A stretch of DNA of 35,373 bases from Actinomycetota bacterium (GTDB lineage Bacteria; Actinomycetota; Actinomycetes; S36-B12; UBA5976). The notes below the pieces were generated by a model. The model was not told where the DNA came from and searched no databases. It saw nothing but the letters and a program-made list of their open reading frames with translations. Numbering within the stretch: position 1 is the first letter of the stretch; each line of letters opens with the position of its first letter. Made by a program: the position numbers and the translations under genes. The stretch spans positions 1 to 35,373 of the forward strand of contig WLEH01000001.1 of the NCBI GenBank assembly GCA_009704345.1, in the 5' to 3' direction. Shown here piece after piece: positions 1-10,113 of the stretch.

Positions 1-352
1 CAGAAGTTTGAGATTCAATGTAATTCAATAAACTATCCAGTGTTAATAGCGAGCACCACTCCTGTGGTGAATACTTCTCTGACTTCCCGAACCAACTACC
101 AAAGTCCAATTTTTGTAAATCGGCTAAAGTTTTTGTGCCGATTCGGCCAACACCATTACTGGTTCTATTCAATGTTGAATCGTGGAAACAAATAGGCACG
201 TTATCTTTTGTGAGCTGTACATCACACTCGTAGCCGTCTGCACCATCTTTAGTTGCTTGGAGATAAGCAGCCATCGTCATCTCAGGAGCTATCGCACTGG
301 CACCGCGATGTGCGATAACTAACGGTCTTTTTTGACCTAAAAATGTGCTCAC
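1..352 (-). CDS. glycerophosphodiester phosphodiesterase (GDPD family), N-terminal part only; the 3' end lies outside the window
   Basis: Absent from the ORF track because it runs off the window edge. My reverse-strand translation from GTG at 352 gives VSTFLGQKRPLVIAHRGASAIAPEMTMAAYLQATKDGADGYECDVQLTKDNVPICFHDSTLNRTSNG... and stays open to position 1. There is an in-frame TGA just upstream at 389-391. The pattern HRG...E.DV..TKD...HD..L.RT is the GDPD signature. Confidence 0.75.
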   Translation of the reverse strand, partial: MSTFLGQKRPLVIAHRGASAIAPEMTMAAYLQATKDGADGYECDVQLTKDNVPICFHDSTLNRTSNGVGRIGTKTLADLQKLDFGSWFGKSEKYSPQEWCSLLTLDSLLNYIESQTS

Positions 353-390
353 TGGGAGATTATCGCTGAATTTAGGCGGATAATTCAGTC

Positions 391-1623
391 ATGCGAAAAA
401 TATCGGTAGAGCACTTACCCGATGCCTTAATTGAGCTGCCCGAGAATCCCCGAGTGGTTGTTAGTGGAAATGCTGCAACACCTTGGATTTTGTTGGATGC
501 ATTTGATAAGCAAGTTTCGCATTACCGGCTCCATATGCTTAATGCTCAGCGGGGCATTCCCGATCGCGATGGTGTGATTCATGAGACTGTCTTTGTTGGA
601 GCTGGGATGCGCAATAGTTCGCGATTGGATTATGTGCCATGTCGATTATCGCTTGTGCCAAAACTTCTCTCTACCGAACGTCCAGCTGATGTGGTTTTGC
701 TACACACCTCAAAAGTATACGATGGCAAAGTTTCCCTTGGTATTGAAGTAAATGTAATTCCAGCAGTCATTGCAACTGTTAAACAGCGTGGTGGTTTAAT
801 TATTGGTCAAGTTAACGAACAGATGCCTTATACATTTGGCGATGGGGAAATTGATTTAGATGTTTTTGATTACATAATCGAAGTTGATACGCCAGTTGAT
901 GCCCATCCTATTCCACCGCTTACTGATACTGCCCGCGAAATTGGCGATCGAATTGCATTTAAAGTTTTAGATGGGTCAACGCTGCAGATGGGAATTGGTG
1001 CCATACCAAATGCATTTTTAACTGCAGTTGCACAAGAGCGAACTAACTTAAAAGTATGGACTGAGATGTTCAGTGATGGCGTGCTTGATCTGGAATCACG
1101 AGGTAGATTAGATAAAGCAACTGCAATTCGAGCTTCGTTTGCATTTGGCTCACAAGAGTTATATCGCTGGATGGATCGGAATCCAAGAATTCATATGTTG
1201 AAAACAGAGAAGACTAATAACCCAGCAAAAGTAGCTGATCAACCTATGATGACAAGTGTTAATGCCGCTCTGCAAGTTGATTTATTAGATCAAGCAAATG
1301 CCAGCCGAATTGGAAACAAGATTTATTCCGGATTTGGTGGCTCAACTGACTTTATTGTGGGCGCAATGCACGCCAAAGGTGGCCAAGCTTTTATTGCACT
1401 TCCCTCTTGGCATCCAAAAGCAAATTGCTCCACCATTGTGCCACTATTAACTGAGCCAACCACCCACTTTCAGCACAGCGCGATTGTCACCGAGCAAGGT
1501 ATGGCCACAATGTTTGGTCGCAGCCAGCACGAACAAGCCAGTTCGCTAATTGCGAACTGTGCCCATCCTGATGCTCGCGAGCACCTTTGGACTGAAGGTC
1601 GGCGGCTCGGATTCGTGGAATAA
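391..1623 (+). CDS. acetyl-CoA hydrolase/transferase family protein (4-hydroxybutyrate CoA-transferase-like)
   Basis: 410-aa ORF. The C-terminal region SGFGGSTDFIVGA matches the GxGGxxDF motif of this family, and the length is typical. There is no Shine-Dalgarno sequence and a GATAAT hexamer lies 6 nt upstream of the ATG, so the mRNA may be leaderless. Confidence 0.75.
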   Translation: MRKISVEHLPDALIELPENPRVVVSGNAATPWILLDAFDKQVSHYRLHMLNAQRGIPDRDGVIHETVFVGAGMRNSSRLDYVPCRLSLVPKLLSTERPADVVLLHTSKVYDGKVSLGIEVNVIPAVIATVKQRGGLIIGQVNEQMPYTFGDGEIDLDVFDYIIEVDTPVDAHPIPPLTDTAREIGDRIAFKVLDGSTLQMGIGAIPNAFLTAVAQERTNLKVWTEMFSDGVLDLESRGRLDKATAIRASFAFGSQELYRWMDRNPRIHMLKTEKTNNPAKVADQPMMTSVNAALQVDLLDQANASRIGNKIYSGFGGSTDFIVGAMHAKGGQAFIALPSWHPKANCSTIVPLLTEPTTHFQHSAIVTEQGMATMFGRSQHEQASSLIANCAHPDAREHLWTEGRRLGFVE

Positions 1624-1646
1624 CAGAAGTAGGGCAAACTACTCCT

Positions 1647-2003
1647 ATGTCAGATGCAATGGATGTGCTGCTCGCCGGCCGAATTGGGTTGTTGGTTCGA
1701 ATCCAATCTCACGCTGGCGCTCGGTTAGCGCTGCTTGATGCACTCAATGACTACTGCGAAAATTTAGATCAAGAACCTGGCACTGAAGCATTCATGATTG
1801 CGCTTGATCCCAGTGATGAAGATGTGATTTGGCTATATGAATGGTTCACCGACCAAGAAGCATTAGATGCCCATCGCTCAAGTGATGCCTTTGCTGACTT
1901 AATGCACCGTATGCCCGAGCTAGTTGCCGTGCCTCCTGGTGTGTTGCCAATTAATCCACTGCGAGTTCGGCTCGCGAAACAACCGTTAGAACAGTCGCTT
2001 TAA
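1647..2003 (+). CDS. antibiotic-biosynthesis-monooxygenase (ABM) fold protein
   Basis: 118-aa ORF. The segment EPGTEAFMIALDPSDEDVIWLYEWFTDQEALDAHRSSDAF resembles the ferredoxin-like ABM domain. The assignment rests on pattern recognition only. Confidence 0.6.
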   Translation: MSDAMDVLLAGRIGLLVRIQSHAGARLALLDALNDYCENLDQEPGTEAFMIALDPSDEDVIWLYEWFTDQEALDAHRSSDAFADLMHRMPELVAVPPGVLPINPLRVRLAKQPLEQSL

Positions 2004-2029
2004 TTGCGATTGATTAACTAGGAGCACCG

Positions 2030-2695
2030 GTGGGACTACTAGATCAATTTGAACAGCGGTTAGATTCGCTGCTCGCTGGTGCGTTAACTGCCGCCTTTGA
2101 TGAAGAAGTTCAACCTGTTGAGATAGTTGCGGCCGTTACTCGCGAAATGGATGAGCATTTGCAAGAACTTGAAAACGGCAGATTAATTGCACCAAATCAC
2201 TTTATTGTTGATTTAGCAAAGCATGATTACGACCGAATGCGTGATTATTTAAAAACTCTGGAGCCAGAGTTTGCCGATACCGCTCGAGCGCATGCCAACT
2301 TGCAGCATTACACGTTAATTGGACCTGTGGTGGTCACTTTAATGAAAGATAATGAGTTAGAAGCTGGTGTGTTTAGAGTTAGTTTTGAACAACTTCCAGC
2401 AGTTACTAGTAGTGGATCGCCAGCGGCAACAATTCATAACATCACCATCAATGGAGTGTCGCATCCATTAACGAAGCCAGTTAATCGAATTGGCAGATCG
2501 GTTGATGCTGATATTGTGATAAATGATCCAGCAATTTCCAGATTACATGCTGAAATCACTATTGGTAGCAATGTCATATTGCGTGATTTAGTTTCCACCA
2601 ATGGCACTTGGCTAAATGGTGAGCGTATTTCTGAAATTCAATTGACTGGACCTACTAACTTTAAACTAGGAACTATTGAGGTTTCTTATCAATGA
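2030..2695 (+). CDS. fhaA: FHA-domain protein FhaA (DUF3662 N-terminus plus C-terminal FHA)
   Basis: GTG start preceded by an AGGAG Shine-Dalgarno sequence. The N-terminus MGLLDQFEQRLDSLL is typical of DUF3662. The C-terminal FHA motifs are GRS...D...ISRLHA...STNGTWLNG. It is the first gene of the conserved fhaA-fhaB-pstP-rodA-pbpA-pknB operon. Confidence 0.85.
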   Translation: MGLLDQFEQRLDSLLAGALTAAFDEEVQPVEIVAAVTREMDEHLQELENGRLIAPNHFIVDLAKHDYDRMRDYLKTLEPEFADTARAHANLQHYTLIGPVVVTLMKDNELEAGVFRVSFEQLPAVTSSGSPAATIHNITINGVSHPLTKPVNRIGRSVDADIVINDPAISRLHAEITIGSNVILRDLVSTNGTWLNGERISEIQLTGPTNFKLGTIEVSYQ

Positions 2696-3135
2696 CTGAC
2701 TTAGTCATCACAATTCTTCGCTTTGGATTTTTAGCATTACTCTGGTTTGCAATCATTCGGATGTTTCTTATTCTGCGCGCTGATTTAACCGGTGAGAAAA
2801 AGTATGGCGTAATTAAACCCAAGCGAGTTCAAGTTGAACCGCGGGAGCTTGTTGTGGTGGAAGGTCCTGCCGCTGGCGCAAAAGTGTCAATTGAGAAGCG
2901 ACCAATCACGATCGGGCGCGCCAGCATCTGTGATCTCACGTTAGAAGATGACTTTATTTCTAGTCGCCACCTACGAATTAGTATGCAATCTGATGGTTAT
3001 GTGGTGGAAGATTTAGGCTCTACCAATGGCACCTGGGTTGAAGGCGAACGGTTGAGTGAACCCGTGTTGATCAAACCAGGTGTGCGAATCAAAATGGGGC
3101 GAAATACCCTCACCATCCGTAAGGTTGAGTCATGA
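2692..3135 (+). CDS. fhaB: membrane-anchored FHA-domain protein FhaB/FipA
   Basis: N-terminal TM helix followed by an FHA domain (GRASICDLTLEDDFISSRHLRI...GSTNGTWVEG). ATGA overlap with fhaA. Positional orthologue of Rv0019c. Confidence 0.85.
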   Translation: MTDLVITILRFGFLALLWFAIIRMFLILRADLTGEKKYGVIKPKRVQVEPRELVVVEGPAAGAKVSIEKRPITIGRASICDLTLEDDFISSRHLRISMQSDGYVVEDLGSTNGTWVEGERLSEPVLIKPGVRIKMGRNTLTIRKVES

Positions 3136-4259
3136 GTCTGCGCTTCTTAGCTGTTGGATCTAGCGATCCAGGGGTGGTGCGCAGCCATAATGAAGATTCA
3201 GGCTTGATTTCACCAAGACTATTGGCGGTTGCTGATGGCATGGGCGGTCATGCTGCCGGTGAAATTGCCAGCACCACAATTATTCGCGAATTAGCTGCAG
3301 TTGCAGTTAAGGGTGCGCTTGCTGACAACAATTTAGTGCGCGCAATTGAGCGCACTAAGGTTGCGTTAGCTGATTTATCGAAATCAGATCAATCTCGAGC
3401 TGGACTTGGCACCACGGTAAGTGCCGTTGCAATTAATGAGAACAAAATTATTGTGGTGCATGTTGGTGATTCCAGAGTATATAGATATCGCAATGGTTCG
3501 CTGATGTCATTGACGCGCGATCACACTTATGTGCAGACGCTGTTAGATGTCGGTGAAATTTCAGAAGCTGAAGCAAAAGTACATCCAAAACGCTCACTAC
3601 TAACGCAAGCAGTTGATGCCCAAAGCAACATCAGTCCTGATGTAACTGAAGTTGAAGTAGAGCCAGGTGATCGATTATTAGTTTGTAGTGATGGCTTAAG
3701 TGGTGTGGTAGAACCTGACGTAATGCTTCGTGCGCTACAAAAAGATCGCGATAGTGCGGTTAGTGATTTAGTTGCTGCCGCACAAGCTGCCGGCGCACCA
3801 GATAACGTGACTGTGATTGTTGCTGATTTAGTCAGCACAACTCAAGCTGCTGACGCTCGGGGTGTCACCATCATTGGTGCTGCCGCCGAAGGTGCACCAA
3901 CAGTTAAAGTGCCTCGACATTTTGGCTTTAATCCAATTGTGGTAGTCGCTGTTGTCTCACTGATAATTGCAGCTTCTGGCTTTGGCTTACAGCGCTGGTG
4001 GGCCGGGCAATGGCAAGTAGCAGCTCAAGATGGTGTGGTGGTAGTAAATCAGGGAATATCGCAGGAGATATTTGGACTTAAGCTTTATCGCACCCCACTA
4101 GTTTCTAAAATTCCCACTACCTCGTTACCGTTATTTGAACAACAACAACTAGAGCGCGGCGTAATTGTGGAATCGCTCGATCAGGCAGAACAAACGTTGC
4201 AGCAATTGGCTGAACGCTCAGTTACTTGTAACACTGATCCCAACAGTTGTTTGCCCTAG
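3132..4259 (+). CDS. pstP: PP2C-family Ser/Thr phosphatase PstP
   Basis: PP2C motifs: EDS at the N-terminus, ADGMGGHAAGE, and VCSDGL. A TM helix (IVVVAVVSLIIAASGFGL) precedes an extracytoplasmic tail. ATGA overlap with fhaB. Confidence 0.9.
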   Translation: MSLRFLAVGSSDPGVVRSHNEDSGLISPRLLAVADGMGGHAAGEIASTTIIRELAAVAVKGALADNNLVRAIERTKVALADLSKSDQSRAGLGTTVSAVAINENKIIVVHVGDSRVYRYRNGSLMSLTRDHTYVQTLLDVGEISEAEAKVHPKRSLLTQAVDAQSNISPDVTEVEVEPGDRLLVCSDGLSGVVEPDVMLRALQKDRDSAVSDLVAAAQAAGAPDNVTVIVADLVSTTQAADARGVTIIGAAAEGAPTVKVPRHFGFNPIVVVAVVSLIIAASGFGLQRWWAGQWQVAAQDGVVVVNQGISQEIFGLKLYRTPLVSKIPTTSLPLFEQQQLERGVIVESLDQAEQTLQQLAERSVTCNTDPNSCLP

Positions 4260-4261
4260 CA

Positions 4262-5575
4262 ATGCGATCTATTGAACGTAATCTATTAATAATTGTCAGT
4301 TTAGTAATTCTCGCGGCATTTCTCATTGTAGATTTTGCTGCTCGAGGTTATTTAGCACCAGTTGGCATAGTGATTCCGATTGTTTTAAGTGGCTTATTTT
4401 TTACTATTCATGCAGTGTTAAGAAGATATCGACCAACCGCAGCCGAACTACTTTTACCTGCCGCTGCGTTATTAACTGGTATTGGTGTTACCATGATTTA
4501 TCGGTTAACCGGTGGCGTCGGTGCGCTACAACAAACAATGTGGGTTGCAGTTAGTGCAATATTGGTAATAATCATTTTGATTAAACTGCCAAATACCAGA
4601 GTGCTACTTCGTACTCCGTTGGTTTTCTTGCTCACTGGTGTGGTGCTATTAGCGATGCCGCTATTGCCAGTTATTGGGGCCACCATTAATGGCGCCACAC
4701 TCTGGCTGCGAGTTGGTCCACTTAGCATGCAGCCTGCGGAATTTGCCAAGGTAGTTTTGATTATTGGGTTTGCTGGATTTTTAGCTAAACATCAATCTCA
4801 GTTAACTTTTATCCATCGAAAGATTCTTGGAATCGAACTGCCTCGGTCAAAAGATATTCTGCCACTGCTAATAGTTTGGCTCATTGCACTGCTGCTATTA
4901 GTTGGTCAGCGGGATTTAGGCACTTCATTATTGTTTTATGCAGCTGCAGTTTTACTGCTTTATGTCACTACTGCTAGGCGCAGCTGGTTAATTATTGGTT
5001 CGGTGCTGCTTGTTATTGGTGGCACTGCCGCCGCATTAATTTTTGATCATGTCGCAACACGTTTTCGGATCTGGTTAAACCCATTTGCTGATATTGCTGG
5101 CGATGGTTTCCAAGTGGTGCAAGCAATTTATGGCTTAGCTGCTGGGGGTATTTTTGGCACTGGACTTGGCCAAGGTAACCCAAACTTAATCCCTTATGTG
5201 GAATCTGATTTTATTTTTACCGCAATTGCGGAAGAGCTTGGGTTAGTTGGTGCTAGTGCAGTTTTATTGTTGTATGGCTTAATCATTGCCAACGCAGTTA
5301 AAACTGCTGGAAAAATGCGCAGCGCTGGAAACATGTTAATCGCAGCTGGGATTGCAATTTTCGTTTTCTTACAAGTGTTAATAACCATTGGCGGGGTAAC
5401 CGGAGCGCTGCCACTAACTGGATTAACCACAATTTTCTTAAGTGCAGGTGGGTCATCATTAGTTGCTTCATGGATATTAATTGCGTTGCTCTTGGCACTT
5501 CAAGATCAAGATCGAATTGTTACCACTTTGCCAACTGAGTTAAGCGATGATCAAACTAGGGCAATCTCGCTATGA
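4262..5575 (+). CDS. rodA: SEDS-family peptidoglycan glycosyltransferase RodA (FtsW/RodA/SpoVE)
   Basis: Polytopic membrane protein with the SEDS motif ESDFIFTAIAEELG. I prefer the ATG at 4262, which lies 3 nt after the pstP stop, over the TTG at 4247 given in the ORF track. Either start is possible. Confidence 0.9.
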   Translation: MRSIERNLLIIVSLVILAAFLIVDFAARGYLAPVGIVIPIVLSGLFFTIHAVLRRYRPTAAELLLPAAALLTGIGVTMIYRLTGGVGALQQTMWVAVSAILVIIILIKLPNTRVLLRTPLVFLLTGVVLLAMPLLPVIGATINGATLWLRVGPLSMQPAEFAKVVLIIGFAGFLAKHQSQLTFIHRKILGIELPRSKDILPLLIVWLIALLLLVGQRDLGTSLLFYAAAVLLLYVTTARRSWLIIGSVLLVIGGTAAALIFDHVATRFRIWLNPFADIAGDGFQVVQAIYGLAAGGIFGTGLGQGNPNLIPYVESDFIFTAIAEELGLVGASAVLLLYGLIIANAVKTAGKMRSAGNMLIAAGIAIFVFLQVLITIGGVTGALPLTGLTTIFLSAGGSSLVASWILIALLLALQDQDRIVTTLPTELSDDQTRAISL

Positions 5576-7032
5576 AACCACAATTAACAAAATTAGTAAC
5601 CGGGTTTGGGATTGCACTTTTGCTACTAATTGCCAATCTGACTTATCTGCAAGTATTTGAGGCCAATAGCTTAAACAATCGTGCCGACAATAAGCGTAGT
5701 TTGTTTAAACAATATGACATTGATCGCGGCGCTATCATTGTTTCTGGTCAACCAGTTGCTTACTCCGACAAAACCACTGGGCGATTTAAGTTTGAACGTC
5801 GATACGTCTCCCCTGCTTTCACTCACCCAGTTGGTTATTTATCTTCAATTTATGGGGTGGCGGGCATTGAGCAGAGTGAAAATCAGTTGCTCTCTGGCGC
5901 TGCCGATGCGCTAGCAATTGATCGATTGCGACAACTATTAGATGGTGGCGCTCGTCGAGGTGGTTCAGTTGAGTTAACCCTAAATGGTCCTGCTCAACAA
6001 CTTGCTTATCAATTATTAGGTAATCGAATTGGTGCAGTTGTCGCAATAGATCCGCGAACTGGCAAAATTTTAGTAAGCGCATCTTCCCCTAGTTTTGACG
6101 CAAACTTGTTAGCAACAACTAATGCCAAAACCATGCAAGAATCCTGGAATAAATTAGTTTCTGATCCAGCTCAACCATTATTGAATCGCGCATCTGGCGA
6201 AACTTGGGCACCTGGTTCTACCTTTAAATTAATTGTGGCGGCAGCTGCTTTGGAGTCAGGTCAGTATGACTTAACTACAAAAATCCCAGCGCCAGCACAA
6301 TATCAAGTGCCAGAAAGTTCACGGAAAATTTCTAATTGGCAAAATGCACCTTGTAGTGCAGCTGGCGAAGTAACACTGGAAGAAGCCATGATTGTTTCCT
6401 GTAACACTGCATTTGCTCGACTTGGGGTTGAGTTAGGTGAAGCGAGAATACTTCGAACCGCAAAGGCATTTGGTTTTGATGAAAACTTTTCATTAGCCAA
6501 CACATCGCGAAGCACTTTTCCTACTGATTTATCAAATATTGAATTAGCACTTAGTGCACTTGGTCAATTTGATGTGAAAGCGACCGCGTTACAGATGGCA
6601 TTAGTTGCAGCTGGTATTGGCAATGAAGGTGTGGTGATGCAACCTAAGTTAATTAATAGATCATTCGCGCCAAATCTAACGCTGTTATCCCAGGCCGATT
6701 CTGATGTATTTAATCGAGCGATTAAACCAGTCACTGCGGCGGCTTTAACTCAGATGATGACGAAAGTGGTTTCCGCTGGCACTGGCACGGCGGCACAAAT
6801 TGCAAATACGGCAGTTGCCGGTAAAACTGGCACGGCCCAGACCAAGCCTGGATTCACCCCACATGCTTGGTTTATTGGATTTGCCCCTGCTGCTGCGCCA
6901 AATGTGGCAATTGCGGTGGTGCTGGCTGGGGGTGAGGTAGCCGTTGCTGGTGCTGGCGCTGAGATTTCAGGGAATCAGCTAGCTGCCCCGATCGCTCAAA
7001 AAGTTCTGGTAGAACTACTGCGGCGGAAATAG
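5572..7032 (+). CDS. pbpA: class B penicillin-binding protein PbpA (transpeptidase)
   Basis: N-terminal TM anchor. Contains the SxxK (STFK), SxN (SCN) and KTGT motifs. 4-nt overlap with rodA. Confidence 0.9.
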   Translation: MKPQLTKLVTGFGIALLLLIANLTYLQVFEANSLNNRADNKRSLFKQYDIDRGAIIVSGQPVAYSDKTTGRFKFERRYVSPAFTHPVGYLSSIYGVAGIEQSENQLLSGAADALAIDRLRQLLDGGARRGGSVELTLNGPAQQLAYQLLGNRIGAVVAIDPRTGKILVSASSPSFDANLLATTNAKTMQESWNKLVSDPAQPLLNRASGETWAPGSTFKLIVAAAALESGQYDLTTKIPAPAQYQVPESSRKISNWQNAPCSAAGEVTLEEAMIVSCNTAFARLGVELGEARILRTAKAFGFDENFSLANTSRSTFPTDLSNIELALSALGQFDVKATALQMALVAAGIGNEGVVMQPKLINRSFAPNLTLLSQADSDVFNRAIKPVTAAALTQMMTKVVSAGTGTAAQIANTAVAGKTGTAQTKPGFTPHAWFIGFAPAAAPNVAIAVVLAGGEVAVAGAGAEISGNQLAAPIAQKVLVELLRRK

Positions 7033-7068
7033 GGCAAGATTGGCAATGAAAATCAGAAGGGCAACAAC

Positions 7069-8733
7069 GTGACCGAACAGCCGCGCCTCTTGGGTGGGCG
7101 CTATGAGTTAGGCGCAATTATTGGCCGCGGTGGCATGGCTGATGTGATTGCGGCTAACGATATTCGGCTTGGTCGAAAAGTTGCAATTAAATTAATGCGG
7201 CGTGAGTTAGCTTCTGATCCACTATTTCTCGCCAGGTTTCGCCGCGAGGCGCAAGCTGCCGCTGGTTTAAATCATCCCACCATTGTTGCGGTTTATGACT
7301 CTGGTGAAGACATTGTTGGAACTGGTACTGATGCGGCATCACTGCCATACATTGTGATGGAACTTGTTGAAGGTGAAACTGTTCGAGATATTTTGCGCAG
7401 CGGCGCTGGCTTCACGCCAGAGCGAGCATTACAAGTTGCGCGCGATGTGTTAACTGCGCTGGATTATTCCCATCGCAATGGCATTGTGCATCGAGACATT
7501 AAGCCAGGAAATGTGATGATCACTAAATCTGGCGCAATTAAAGTGATGGATTTTGGAATTGCCCGCGCTATGTCAGATTCAGGTAACACCTTAACTGCAT
7601 CACAGACTGTAATGGGAACCGCACAATATCTTTCACCAGAGCAGGCTCGCGGTGGTGAAGCTGATGCGCGCAGTGATATTTATTCACTTGGTTGTTTGTT
7701 ATATGAAATGTTAACTGGCAAACCACCTTTCACTGGTGAATCAGCAGTTGCAATTGCCTATCAACATGTCAGCGGTTTAGTTGTGTCACCTAGTGAAGTT
7801 AATCCTGAAGTTAATCCAAACATTGATGCGTTAGTGCAAATGGCGCTGGCCAAAGATGCAACTGAGCGCTATCAAAGCGCGGCCGAGATGAGAACCGATA
7901 TTGATCGTGCGCTGATTGGCGATAAAGTGACTGCGGTGCTGCCAACTGTGCCAATGAATTATTCAGCCGTTACCGTTAAGCCTGTGGCAACTAAGTCAAG
8001 AACTAATCCCTGGGTTTGGGTGTTAAGCGCAGCTGGCGTATTTCTGGCCGCAGCAGTTGCTATCTGGGTTTATGGTTCAAGTTTAAATCCTGGTGGCGGC
8101 AATCAAGTTGAAGTGCCAGATCTAGCTGGCTTGAGTGCCGAAGCTGCAATTACTGTGCTTAGCGATTACAACTTAGTGCTAGGCAGCATCACTCCAGCAG
8201 AATCTGATCGACCAGCAAACACCATCATTGATCAAGATCCTGATGTTGGCTCCCGTGTTGCTGAAGGTAGCAGTGTTAATGTCACGATTTCTGCTGGTGC
8301 AACTCAAATTATTGTGCCAACTGTTGCTGGCTTAGTTAGTGCTGAAGATGCCAGACGAGTTCTAGCTTCAGTTAACTTGCAGTTGGGTAATATCACTTCG
8401 GTTGATAACGATCAACCAGAAGGTTATGTCGTAGGTTCTATTCCACCAGCAGGCACTTCAGTTCCAGTTGGCACTCGAGTTTCAATTGAAATTTCTAATG
8501 GTTTTGGCGTAGTTCCGGCGCTGGAAGGATTGCCCGAAGCGCAGGCTCGCAGTGATCTAGGTGCTGCTGGTTATCAGGTAGTTGTGGTGCCGCAGCCAGC
8601 TGCCACTGCTCTACCGGGCACGGTTTTGGCGCAATCACCAGCTGCTGGTACTAGATTAAAAATTGGTTCACGAGTATCAATTACAGTTGCAACTAGCGAT
8701 GTTCCAGTTGAGCCGGAGCCAGAAACTCCTTAG
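7069..8733 (+). CDS. pknB: Ser/Thr protein kinase PknB with three extracellular PASTA repeats
   Basis: Intact kinase motifs: GRGGMADV, VAIK, HRDIKPGNV, DFGIA and SPEQ. A TM helix (WVWVLSAAGVFLAAAVAIWVY) is followed by three repeats of about 65 aa that start VEVPDLAGL, IVPTVAGL and VVPALEGL. Confidence 0.93.
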   Translation: MTEQPRLLGGRYELGAIIGRGGMADVIAANDIRLGRKVAIKLMRRELASDPLFLARFRREAQAAAGLNHPTIVAVYDSGEDIVGTGTDAASLPYIVMELVEGETVRDILRSGAGFTPERALQVARDVLTALDYSHRNGIVHRDIKPGNVMITKSGAIKVMDFGIARAMSDSGNTLTASQTVMGTAQYLSPEQARGGEADARSDIYSLGCLLYEMLTGKPPFTGESAVAIAYQHVSGLVVSPSEVNPEVNPNIDALVQMALAKDATERYQSAAEMRTDIDRALIGDKVTAVLPTVPMNYSAVTVKPVATKSRTNPWVWVLSAAGVFLAAAVAIWVYGSSLNPGGGNQVEVPDLAGLSAEAAITVLSDYNLVLGSITPAESDRPANTIIDQDPDVGSRVAEGSSVNVTISAGATQIIVPTVAGLVSAEDARRVLASVNLQLGNITSVDNDQPEGYVVGSIPPAGTSVPVGTRVSIEISNGFGVVPALEGLPEAQARSDLGAAGYQVVVVPQPAATALPGTVLAQSPAAGTRLKIGSRVSITVATSDVPVEPEPETP

Positions 8734-9350
8734 CGTTCAATAACTGCAGTTAACCCAATTGCTCGCTCTGTTGCTTCCGTATCACCAGTTCGAACCAGCC
8801 AATTCGCAAATAACATATGACCATGCTCAGTTAATACGCTCTCTGGATGGAACTGCACTCCCTCAACATCAAGTTTGGTGTGACGCATTCCCATCACTAA
8901 ATCATTTTCAGTCCACGCGGTAATTTCTAAAACATCCGGCACAGTATCTTTTTTAACCGCTAGCGAGTGGTATCTGGTTGCTTTAAATGGCGATGGCAGA
9001 TTCACAAACACGCCTTGTTGTTCGTGATAAATATCTGACGTTTTGCCGTGTAATAACTCTGGTGCTCGATCAACTACCGCGCCACCAGCAACTGCAATTG
9101 CTTGCAAGCCTAAACAAACACCAAATACTGGAATGCTGTCACCAACACCTTGAATAATGGGGATACAAGCACCGGCTTGCTCTGGTGTGCCAGGGCCAGG
9201 GGAAAGCAGCACACCGTCATATTTCAGCGCAATTGCTGCGGTTACTTCATCATTGCGCAGTACTTCAACTTCAGCACCTAACTGCGCCAAATATTGGACG
9301 ATGTTATAAACAAAAGAGTCATAGTTATCAACTACCAAGATCTTGCTCAT
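8730..9350 (-). CDS. trpG: glutamine amidotransferase subunit of anthranilate / aminodeoxychorismate synthase
   Basis: Class-I GATase motifs GVCLGLQ (Cys nucleophile) and FHPES. Occupies the same position as Rv0013. Its stop codon overlaps the pknB stop (TTAG). Confidence 0.85.
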   Translation of the reverse strand: MSKILVVDNYDSFVYNIVQYLAQLGAEVEVLRNDEVTAAIALKYDGVLLSPGPGTPEQAGACIPIIQGVGDSIPVFGVCLGLQAIAVAGGAVVDRAPELLHGKTSDIYHEQQGVFVNLPSPFKATRYHSLAVKKDTVPDVLEITAWTENDLVMGMRHTKLDVEGVQFHPESVLTEHGHMLFANWLVRTGDTEATERAIGLTAVIER

Positions 9351-10063
9351 GAATCCTCCAGCAATTCAGTCACTCGATCTAGCGTGATTCGACCCGTGTA
9401 TGCCGGTGCAGCTATTTCATTTTCACGAGAAACTTCATAACCTAATTTAAACAAGCGAACATATTGTCGATATAACTTTAACCCTGGTTCAGTCTCAATA
9501 GCCGCCAGCAGTCGCTCTTGATCACCAATTCCTTGAATAACAAAAGGAGGTGAGAAAACTTGATCTTCAACGAGCAAGGTATTGCCAACACAAAGAATGG
9601 TGGAATTAACACCAATTCGAATTCCCATTACCGTTACCGCTTCAGCACCACCGCGCCATAGCGCATTAATTGCAGCGAGCACATCTTGCTCATGCACGAT
9701 CAAATCATCAGGCACGGCACCAACGGGAATTGGGTCACCAACATTTCGCGGGGCATCTTGCATGGTGATTTTAATCCCCGGACCAGTTACCGCAATTAAA
9801 TCAACAGAATTGGATAGCTGATCAATTTGAGAGCGAAGTGATCTCACTTGAATTGATGCCGGCCCAGTTGATGCTTCATCAACTTGGGCTAATAACTGTT
9901 GCTCTTCTGCTGACAAATCTTCAACCGTATCCACTTTTTCTAAAATTAATTCGCGTAGCTCGCTGGCATTTGAATCGCGAAAATCACCAGAGACGCGGGC
10001 ATAAGAAGTTACTGAAACCAGCACAAAGCCAATTAGGGCCATAATTAGGAGTCGAGCAACCAT
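9347..10063 (-). CDS. DUF881-family membrane protein (Rv0012-like)
   Basis: 238-aa ORF with an N-terminal TM helix. It sits between trpG and crgA exactly like Rv0012. The call rests on synteny and general resemblance. Confidence 0.65.
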   Translation of the reverse strand: MVARLLIMALIGFVLVSVTSYARVSGDFRDSNASELRELILEKVDTVEDLSAEEQQLLAQVDEASTGPASIQVRSLRSQIDQLSNSVDLIAVTGPGIKITMQDAPRNVGDPIPVGAVPDDLIVHEQDVLAAINALWRGGAEAVTVMGIRIGVNSTILCVGNTLLVEDQVFSPPFVIQGIGDQERLLAAIETEPGLKLYRQYVRLFKLGYEVSRENEIAAPAYTGRITLDRVTELLEDS

Positions 10064-10113
10064 TCGCCTAGCGTAGAGTTAGGCTACGCCGAGGTCGACT
10101 AATGGAGGGTGAA

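Noticed and set aside
7033-7068. No pknA between pbpA and pknB, unlike Mycobacterium.
   Set aside because: A single pknB in this operon is common in many non-mycobacterial Actinobacteria. There is no remnant or pseudogene in the 36-bp gap.
7795-7818. In-frame 12-nt tandem duplication GAAGTTAATCCT GAAGTTAATCCA (EVNP-EVNP) in pknB.
   Set aside because: There are only two copies, in a surface loop of the kinase C-lobe. It is probably a neutral slippage event with no evidence of phase variation.
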